Shown here one piece after another: positions 37,908-44,842 of a DNA stretch of 64,000 nt. The first letter of the stretch is position 1; each line of letters begins with the position of its first letter. Both the position numbers and the translations under genes were made by a program. The DNA lies in sequence record MN453779.2; one strand, given 5' to 3'. The notes beneath the pieces are model-generated. The model saw only the letters and a list, made by a program, of their open reading frames with translations. It searched no databases and had not been told where the DNA came from.

Positions 37908-38258
37908 GTGAAAGCTCTTGTAACACTTTGTATTGGGTTTATGTTAGCTCTGTTTAGCTTTACAGCAATTAGTAAAGTAGATCAAACTAACACCTCTCAA
38001 AAGCGTTATATGAAAGGGACAGTCGTCCATGTTGACAACTGCGGTGTAGAAACTAACTATAATAGTCTTTGCTTGGTTATAATTGAACACAATGGCATAG
38101 ATAAACCAGCCACTGTTCTAGGTAAAGTTGGCATCGGATCTGTAGTATACAAAGAGTGTAGAGTTAAGCTTGGTTCTGTCCAGTGTAAGGAAGATTGGAA
38201 GAACTATATTAATGAAGATTTCCTAACTGGCGGAATTTATATTAAGGATAACACATGA
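37908..38258 (+). CDS. exported/membrane-anchored hypothetical protein
   Basis: N-terminal hydrophobic signal-like segment, four Cys in mature part. Confidence 0.6.
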   Translation: MKALVTLCIGFMLALFSFTAISKVDQTNTSQKRYMKGTVVHVDNCGVETNYNSLCLVIIEHNGIDKPATVLGKVGIGSVVYKECRVKLGSVQCKEDWKNYINEDFLTGGIYIKDNT

Positions 38259-38923
38259 CATTACTAGCACGTTTGGAACAGGAAGATTTGTTATTCGGTT
38301 TAAAGGGTTATGACGTGGACGATTTCCTGCGTCGTTGGAAGAAAGAACTTTCTTTACTGGAGAGTGCTTGTTCTGAAGATCCAAAATGTAGCTACCATAA
38401 TTTTAGCCACGCTGTTGGTGTGGGGATGATTATGGAAAAACTACTGGATGGATCTGAAAAGTTTTCAGTAAGCGAAAAACATCGTGGCGTGGTGGCTGGG
38501 ATCTATCACGATTTCAAGTACAATGGTGACAAAGATGACAGTGCAAATATTCGTATTACCATTGATAATTTCATGTTTACTGGACTATCAGTACTAGGAC
38601 ACACAGTTGATCGTGATTTTGTTTGTACTATCATTGCTCAAACAAGATACCCGTATAAACCAGACGACATACTGACCGATCTTGGTAAGTTACTAAGAGA
38701 CGCAGATCGTCTATATGGGTTGGTATTCTCATCCACACAAATGGTTAATCGTCTCTATCTCGCTCTTGGTCATAAACTAGGTATTTATTATCTAAATGAT
38801 TTTGTTGAAAGGAATATCAATTTCCTTGAAGAATTTGTGTGCTTCTCAGAAGAAGGTAAGAAAATTTACGATCAAACAGTTCACCAGGCAATTGATATCC
38901 ACAGGCGTGTTCTCTGGGGGTGA
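38255..38923 (+). CDS. HD-domain phosphohydrolase
   Basis: YHNFSH, GIYHD and LRDAD motifs. Confidence 0.8.
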   Translation: MTLLARLEQEDLLFGLKGYDVDDFLRRWKKELSLLESACSEDPKCSYHNFSHAVGVGMIMEKLLDGSEKFSVSEKHRGVVAGIYHDFKYNGDKDDSANIRITIDNFMFTGLSVLGHTVDRDFVCTIIAQTRYPYKPDDILTDLGKLLRDADRLYGLVFSSTQMVNRLYLALGHKLGIYYLNDFVERNINFLEEFVCFSEEGKKIYDQTVHQAIDIHRRVLWG

Positions 38924-38926
38924 TTG

Positions 38927-39313
38927 ATGGATAAGAAAATTATTGGTGACTTGAAGTGGGTTATTTCTGGGTTGGTTATTGCGTTTTTGTTTTATCCAAT
39001 GGCAATATCAAACTGGCGAAGTGCGACATCTGGTAAAATCTTGGAGTGTTACACTGAACAAACTGTCAATGGAAATGTTTACTACTGCGACTTCAAAATA
39101 AATAATGATGAAATTGTTACCATTAAACACCAAAGACAACTCTGGAATGAACATAAAGAACAAATTGGGACCATTGTGTCAGTTCATCCTGGTCAAACAC
39201 CAAGATCTCTTGCCCCTTTATTTCTAGGGACAATTGGGATGTTATCAATGGTAGTTGGCGTTATATCAATCATCCAAAGAAAACTTAAAGTTAAAGATAT
39301 TTACCAGATTTAA
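38927..39313 (+). CDS. two-TM membrane protein
   Basis: Hydrophobic segments at both ends. Confidence 0.6.
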   Translation: MDKKIIGDLKWVISGLVIAFLFYPMAISNWRSATSGKILECYTEQTVNGNVYYCDFKINNDEIVTIKHQRQLWNEHKEQIGTIVSVHPGQTPRSLAPLFLGTIGMLSMVVGVISIIQRKLKVKDIYQI

Positions 39314-39322
39314 CTAAGATAT

Positions 39323-39357
39323 AACTCTCTACTCCCAATTAAAGGGAGTAGAGAGTT
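39323..39357. terminator. 14-bp stem hairpin, near-identical to 15137..15170
   Basis: aactctctactccc-aattaaa-gggagtagagagtt. Confidence 0.75.
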
Positions 39358-39369
39358 ACTTTAATATCC

Positions 39370-39391
39370 ATAAATTTATAGACCGATATTA
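39370..39391 (+). promoter_or_regulatory. putative early promoter
   Basis: ATAAATT-tatagacc-GATATTA(C). Confidence 0.6.
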
Positions 39392-39488
39392 CTAGAGTGT
39401 ATAAACATGAATGATTTATCATTCACTTGTTTAAGATAAGAGATTCTTCAATCTCTTCAACCTTTAAGTATAGATAAGGAATATAATT

Positions 39489-39956
39489 ATGTTTACTGAA
39501 TCTGAAAAACAAGCTTTCAAAAATAACCTTTCCTTGGTAACTTCCAATTCTTCTTTGGTTAAATTGGATGTGGTAAACGAAGAGGTTATGGAGAGACGTC
39601 ACCTGCTAGTTGCTAAACGTAATCGCAAGCTAGAAGCTTTCTCCTCAGCTGTACTAGTTTACTTTTGTAACGTGTTGAACCAAAGGGGATACGCAGCTGG
39701 TAGTAAAGAACAGTTTAAATCCACTCTTGCGGTAGCTGACGTTTTAACCACCGGCTGGACAATTTATCACGCAAGTTGTGTGATCTCTGACGACAAATAT
39801 TCTACCATAGAACAAATGTCAACTTGGGTAGAGAAAAAGTTGAAAGAAGCTTTCTCATATGGACTGAATGATACAATGAGACCGACCGCGTATTCCCTGA
39901 AATATATTCTCGACGACTTCGATCGTATTAATAAAATTTCTTCACTGGCCAAGTAG
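39489..39956 (+). CDS. hypothetical protein
   Basis: 155 aa, AAGGA RBS. Confidence 0.65.
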   Translation: MFTESEKQAFKNNLSLVTSNSSLVKLDVVNEEVMERRHLLVAKRNRKLEAFSSAVLVYFCNVLNQRGYAAGSKEQFKSTLAVADVLTTGWTIYHASCVISDDKYSTIEQMSTWVEKKLKEAFSYGLNDTMRPTAYSLKYILDDFDRINKISSLAK

Positions 39957-39961
39957 TAATC

Positions 39962-39988
39962 TTTCCCACTCCTTTAAGGAGTGGGAAA
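39962..39988. terminator. hairpin terminator
   Basis: tttcccactcc-tttaa-ggagtgggaaa. Confidence 0.7.
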
Positions 39989-40019
39989 CTATTATCATTA
40001 TTTGTTTTTTTTGTTTTAA

Positions 40020-40028
40020 GATCTTATG
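40020..40028 (+). promoter_or_regulatory. putative late promoter for tailspike B
   Basis: GATCTTATG. Confidence 0.6.
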
Positions 40029-40085
40029 ACCGTTCTGAGGAATCGCTATTAAAGTGGTTTGAATTTTCATAAGAGGAACAGATTA

Positions 40086-42395
40086 ATGTCTAGCAATAAA
40101 CCTTTCCCGTCGTCAGATCTTGACGTATTTAAAGAAAACAGTCTTATATTAGACAATTTTGTCAACAGTCAGGAAAACGAACATCCTGATCGTTTTGCAA
40201 GAAAAAGGCCAACTATTACAGGGATTATCAAAGAAGCTTTTAATGTCCGCACTGATATTTCCAATATGAATGAAACTCTTATTGGTCAAAGTCGTTGGGA
40301 TGCTGTTCCCAAGAACACTAGCTTAGCCCTAGGTGGGGATAATGGTGCTTTGAACAAACAAGCACAAGCTTTATTTAACCGAACCGAATTGTTGAAAACC
40401 CATGCAAGAGAAGCACTTCGTAGAACTTATTTAGAAGCTGGTTTAAATCTTGTTGAAGGTAGTTTTGAGGCTGGCGGTACTCTCGTAAAGGCTAATGACG
40501 TGTTGCTGCAAGAGCGCACCGGCAGGGTGTTCTCTGGTCCTGTCGGTGTAGTTGCCGCGGGGACTGACCCAGCGAGCGGTGAGTTTGTTGATAGAAGTTC
40601 AGTACTTCTAAGAGATATGTCGCAGAAAATATTCAGTACTACCGCGGCCGTGATATCAGCGGCAGCAACATTGAAAATCGGCGATTTAGTCAGCACAGCA
40701 GGTCACACTACGGTCGGGGTCGGGGCGGCAGATTACGTGGTCTCTACAGACATCGCCCGCCCTTTCTTGGACATTAGCTTGGGGGATGGACGGATAGCCA
40801 AAATGCTTATCAAGGAATACATAGACCCAGCTTCTTGTGGTGTTGATACAACTGGTGTTCAGCCGGCCTCGCTGGCGCTTGCTGAAATTTCAAAGCATGG
40901 TTCTATCTCGTGGATTGGTTCGCTTTATATAGACCAAGAGTTCATTTTCGCAGCAGGCAATGACCTGATAGGGCAAGGCCAGCATAAATCGAAGTTGTTA
41001 TTCAAGAATTCCGGTGTTGGCAAGGGTATCGTCAAGTCTACCAGGAGCCGATTCTATAACTTTGGTGTTACGTTAAAGGATTTTTTGGCTCCATTCGATG
41101 GGCAGATGATCACGGTATCAGTGCAGTATGATTACTATATCTACGGCACAGTCCCACGTGAATCAACTGGATATGACCGGCTGGTGTTGGATCACAGTAG
41201 TGATATTTATGCTGTCTCAACAGGTGGAACCAGCCCAAGCGGGGCATCAACAGGCCGCTTCTTGGTGCTGGATACAGGTGATATTAATGGCATCCCAATC
41301 CCCCCGCTAGCAACTCAGCTTGGTATTTACAAATCCCGGTTTGATAACTGCACTGCTATTGGTTTCTATTGTCCATTGACTTTGTTGAGCCGTACTGATC
41401 GCGCTAATCAAGGTGCTCCTTGGATGCACTCCAACCGATTCGCTGGTTGGGTTACAAAAAACAACGTGGTCGAGTTTGAGGCATTGATTCAGACGGTTAC
41501 ACCGAGAGCCGGGTCATTCACTGATAACAAGATAGAAGATTGGGTAACTCAGCCATACAAGAACTCTCAGCGCATCGCCACCATGGAAGGGGCTGGGTTC
41601 AAATTCGTGGACTGTTTCTTCTGGGATCAACACCTCTACCCAGACCAGAGCAAACTGATTGTACTGAGGAAATCAGCCACAGGGGACACAAATTGGATTG
41701 AAAGAAATTCTTTCTACAATGACCACAGACCATCACTGGAATTTGTGCGCTGTCCAATCACCAGAAATAAGATTTCTGTCGAGAATATGACGACAAATCT
41801 ATGGCCTGCTGTCATCAAAATCACCGATAAATTTGGCAATGGAGATTGTGTCGGTGATATACCCATACTTAGTAACATTACAACAGGGACCAATATATCG
41901 AGGTTCATGGCTGTTAACTTCACTACACCGCAGACGGTCGGTGCTGTAGCGCAGTGTACATTCAAAATTAAATCAAAATGGCCGTTAGCTACCGACCCAT
42001 TCCGGGGGGCCATCTACGCCATTGACATTGCTATCAACGTCAAGTTGACTGCTACGGGGTTTGAAGTGAAAACGCACTTGCTAACACCTTACACAGGAAT
42101 CAAAACAGGTATTGATATCTATGCAGATAACCCCCGCCTCGTTAACGGCGAGTACATGTTAGATATTGTTGCATCTCAGAACAGTGTGGCAGCGCCTTTC
42201 CCGTCAATACGACTCAATGACAGCCCTTTACAGAACGGGGACTGGCAGTTATCTAATTCATACGGTATCATTTTGCCTATTCCGTCTGGCCATGGGGCAA
42301 CGACACTATCTGACGCTGCGGTGAAGATAGTGGACACGTTAGATCTGATTGCAGCGAATACAGTCATATCAAAGACAACCGCAATCAGCATATAG
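40086..42395 (+). CDS. tailspike B, depolymerase-type receptor-binding protein
   Basis: ATG 40086 after GAGGA; distinct N-terminus (LGGDNGALNKQAQALFNRT), shared junction module, GC-rich beta-helix region. Confidence 0.8.
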   Translation: MSSNKPFPSSDLDVFKENSLILDNFVNSQENEHPDRFARKRPTITGIIKEAFNVRTDISNMNETLIGQSRWDAVPKNTSLALGGDNGALNKQAQALFNRTELLKTHAREALRRTYLEAGLNLVEGSFEAGGTLVKANDVLLQERTGRVFSGPVGVVAAGTDPASGEFVDRSSVLLRDMSQKIFSTTAAVISAAATLKIGDLVSTAGHTTVGVGAADYVVSTDIARPFLDISLGDGRIAKMLIKEYIDPASCGVDTTGVQPASLALAEISKHGSISWIGSLYIDQEFIFAAGNDLIGQGQHKSKLLFKNSGVGKGIVKSTRSRFYNFGVTLKDFLAPFDGQMITVSVQYDYYIYGTVPRESTGYDRLVLDHSSDIYAVSTGGTSPSGASTGRFLVLDTGDINGIPIPPLATQLGIYKSRFDNCTAIGFYCPLTLLSRTDRANQGAPWMHSNRFAGWVTKNNVVEFEALIQTVTPRAGSFTDNKIEDWVTQPYKNSQRIATMEGAGFKFVDCFFWDQHLYPDQSKLIVLRKSATGDTNWIERNSFYNDHRPSLEFVRCPITRNKISVENMTTNLWPAVIKITDKFGNGDCVGDIPILSNITTGTNISRFMAVNFTTPQTVGAVAQCTFKIKSKWPLATDPFRGAIYAIDIAINVKLTATGFEVKTHLLTPYTGIKTGIDIYADNPRLVNGEYMLDIVASQNSVAAPFPSIRLNDSPLQNGDWQLSNSYGIILPIPSGHGATTLSDAAVKIVDTLDLIAANTVISKTTAISI
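40404..40591 (+). repeat. shared tailspike junction module, copy B
   Basis: 40404-40430 is the exact reverse complement of 30349-30375. Confidence 0.9.
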
Positions 42396-42411
42396 GCTGA
42401 CTTATGAAATC

Positions 42412-42433
42412 AAAGCCCCTTCACAGGGGCTTT
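42412..42433. terminator. bidirectional terminator of tailspike B
   Basis: aaagcccct-tcac-aggggcttt, one base different from tailspike A terminator read in gene direction. Confidence 0.85.
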
Positions 42434-42701
42434 TCCATTTTGCAGTATTCCATTACTAAGTCCTGTACATCGATTTACCCTCAACCAGACTTCCTGTCTC
42501 ACCTGATCAAATGCGTCCTCAGTCTGTATCTGGGACACGAACACGGGGCGCGAATCCCCAACATGTGGATGTTGTATTGGATCTAATCAATTGATGTACA
42601 TTTCATAAATGTACACGTTGTAGTTTGCTCGACATCCATGCAATAATTACTATAGAAAATGAGCAAACATATTTGTAAACTAGATTAAAACAATTAATTT
42701 A

Positions 42702-42734
42702 AACTCTACTTACTCCTTAGGAGTAAGTAGAGTT
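42702..42734. terminator. 15-bp stem hairpin
   Basis: aactctacttactcc-tta-ggagtaagtagagtt. Confidence 0.7.
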
Positions 42735-42756
42735 ATTTTATATTCTTTATTTTATT

Positions 42757-42765
42757 GATTTTATG
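42757..42765 (+). promoter_or_regulatory. putative late promoter
   Basis: GATTTTATG. Confidence 0.6.
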
Positions 42766-42795
42766 ACCCTTTAATTTAACTTAAGGAAATGAATT

Positions 42796-43188
42796 ATGCA
42801 TAATACTGGGAATGACTTAGAATCGAACGATATTCTTGACTTTGAAGACAATACCGTCAATCTTGACATTCTAATGAATGCCGATCAAGAGTACTGGATA
42901 GACCGTCTTGGTAATAAGCGACCCACCATTGATTACGCTTTGCGTATGGCTGGGTTCACACCTGCTGGGTTTGATTTCACCACAGGTGGTGTTTTAAAGA
43001 ATGGTGATCGAAATAAATGCGTATTTAACCAAGCTGATCAAACTTGGTATAGTTGGTCAGGCGATCTTCCTTATAATGTAATTGCTGGTAGTACGCCTGG
43101 GGAAGGTTGGAAAGTACAAGTCACTCCTTCTGTTATTACCAAACTTCAAGAATTGGAAACTAGAATAACTGTTTTGGAAAATAAATAA
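42796..43188 (+). CDS. anchor-only tailspike paralog (no receptor-binding domain)
   Basis: Homologous to N-termini of spikes A and C (DRLGNKRPTID..AGFDF..GG.L...DRNK..YSW.G.LP), then short coiled coil. Confidence 0.8.
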   Translation: MHNTGNDLESNDILDFEDNTVNLDILMNADQEYWIDRLGNKRPTIDYALRMAGFTPAGFDFTTGGVLKNGDRNKCVFNQADQTWYSWSGDLPYNVIAGSTPGEGWKVQVTPSVITKLQELETRITVLENK

Positions 43189-43589
43189 TGACTTTACAAA
43201 ATTTTCTTTCTCACTATCAATACAAACCTGATCCTGTTAAGAAAGACATTTGGATCATTCCTAACAAAGTTAACAATCAATATCTTGATGATTGCGATGG
43301 TTTCTGTTTAGGCGTGTTATATTTTTGTTTAGCTGAGGAATCTTTATTTAAGTTCTGGTTACTTCTTGTGTTTTACGACACTAAAATAATCTATTGTAAA
43401 ACTAAATCGAATGTTGGTCACGTGGTACTTAAACATAAAGGCAAATACATCGATACGTTTTCCAAAGAGTGGGTGGATAAACAGCAAATGTTAAACTATG
43501 GACATAAGTTTAACAAACTGTTTATGTTCAACTTTTTGCAGGTGGCACTCAAGATGTTAATTGGTAAGATCTTAGTTAAAATGAAATAG
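43188..43589 (+). CDS. transglutaminase-like cysteine protease candidate
   Basis: DDCDGF, GHVVL and YIDT resemble the Cys-His-Asp triad of BTLCP-type proteins; TAATG coupling. Confidence 0.55.
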   Translation: MTLQNFLSHYQYKPDPVKKDIWIIPNKVNNQYLDDCDGFCLGVLYFCLAEESLFKFWLLLVFYDTKIIYCKTKSNVGHVVLKHKGKYIDTFSKEWVDKQQMLNYGHKFNKLFMFNFLQVALKMLIGKILVKMK

Positions 43590-43600
43590 TAATAAATACT

Positions 43601-43630
43601 CTCTACTTCTCCTTAATTGGAGAAGTAGAG
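43601..43630. terminator. 12-bp stem hairpin
   Basis: ctctacttctcc-ttaatt-ggagaagtagag. Confidence 0.7.
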
Positions 43631-43648
43631 TTACTTTTGTTATTTCCT

Positions 43649-43670
43649 ATAATTTCTTAAACCTATATTA
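43649..43670 (+). promoter_or_regulatory. putative early promoter for second HNH
   Basis: ATAATTT-cttaaacc-TATATTA. Confidence 0.6.
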
Positions 43671-43699
43671 TTGTAGAGAAGTATTAAGGAGTTATAGTT

Positions 43700-44746
43700 A
43701 TGATAAATGTTTATTTCTCGGAATTACCTAAAACTTTAACTGAAATATTAGAGTTAAAGTATGATGAAACAATGTCTTATGAGGAAAGAGTTCAAAAGCG
43801 TTACAATTATATTAAAGAACAATTGGAAAAGAATCCAGGGTATGAAGGATGGGATTATCTTGAAAATGTTAAATATGGATTAAAGTTTGAACACTTAATC
43901 ACCTTTGAATATATGATTTCTACTAGAGGTAGAATTTTAACTTTGTTTATGCAGGAAGGAATATATAAGGTACTTAAAGGTAAGTTATCCAATTATGGTT
44001 ATAGGGAACAAATCATATCAATTAATAAGTTGTCATATGGTTGTAAACCGCATAGAACATTATGCTCTACCTTCATACCTAAACCAAGTCATTATAAACA
44101 AGGAATAAATCGTTTAGTGGTTAATCATAAAGATTTAATTAAGTTGAATAATCACTTTACTAATCTTGAATGGTGTACTAATCAAGAGAATACCAGACAT
44201 CAATTAATAGAATATGGGAATAGAAATACTTACTTTAATTCAATATTCCAAGGAACCATAGAACTTGATTGTAAATATAAAGGCGTTAAGTTTAAAGTAT
44301 ATGGAACTGAAGGTCTAGAAGACATTGGGTTGGATGGTAATGCTTTGAGTAAAGTCTTTACCAAGGGTTACGAGCTATCTTTCGGGTGTAGTTGGAAATA
44401 TATAACCCAAGAAGAAGCTGATAAACTACCGGATATTCCTGAATTTATTAAGAATAAGTTTCTTAATGATAGAAACTATATGAATCATCGTATTAAACCT
44501 TTAAAAGGAACAGTTGTTAGGGAATGTGAATATAAAGGTTTAGAGTTTGTTATTTACGGTAAACAGGAATTGCAAAGCTTTGATATTAATCAAGGTAATG
44601 TTTCGGTTTCTATTGTTACTGGAAAGGTCATACACAGTTGTTTGTGGGAATATATTACTAGAGACGAAGCTGAACTATTGCAAAGGGGTTTAACTAAAGA
44701 GCAACAAAAAGTTATTGTTACTAAGAGAGGGCCTAATAAGAAGTAA
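43700..44746 (+). CDS. HNH homing endonuclease (paralog of 26316..27800 second module)
   Basis: VNHKDLIKLNNHFTNLEWCT; long shared nucleotide blocks with 26787-27790. Confidence 0.85.
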   Translation: MINVYFSELPKTLTEILELKYDETMSYEERVQKRYNYIKEQLEKNPGYEGWDYLENVKYGLKFEHLITFEYMISTRGRILTLFMQEGIYKVLKGKLSNYGYREQIISINKLSYGCKPHRTLCSTFIPKPSHYKQGINRLVVNHKDLIKLNNHFTNLEWCTNQENTRHQLIEYGNRNTYFNSIFQGTIELDCKYKGVKFKVYGTEGLEDIGLDGNALSKVFTKGYELSFGCSWKYITQEEADKLPDIPEFIKNKFLNDRNYMNHRIKPLKGTVVRECEYKGLEFVIYGKQELQSFDINQGNVSVSIVTGKVIHSCLWEYITRDEAELLQRGLTKEQQKVIVTKRGPNKK

Positions 44747-44748
44747 AT

Positions 44749-44776
44749 CCAACACCTTCCATTAGGAAGGTGTTGG
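44749..44776. terminator. 12-bp stem hairpin
   Basis: ccaacaccttcc-atta-ggaaggtgttgg. Confidence 0.7.
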
Positions 44777-44803
44777 TATAAATAATCTCATTTTTATTTT
44801 GTT

Positions 44804-44812
44804 GATTTTATG
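44804..44812 (+). promoter_or_regulatory. putative late promoter for tailspike C
   Basis: GATTTTATG; its ATG was taken as start by the ORF track. Confidence 0.6.
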
Positions 44813-44842
44813 TACCTTAAGATAAACAATAGGAATACTGTT

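Noticed and set aside
39407-39460. Short ORF or riboswitch after the early promoter at 39370
   Set aside because: Only a 10-codon ORF and two small hairpins; too little to call beyond a structured leader
42404-42586. 60-aa ORF after tailspike B
   Set aside because: It runs through the terminator hairpin, has no RBS and is not protein-like
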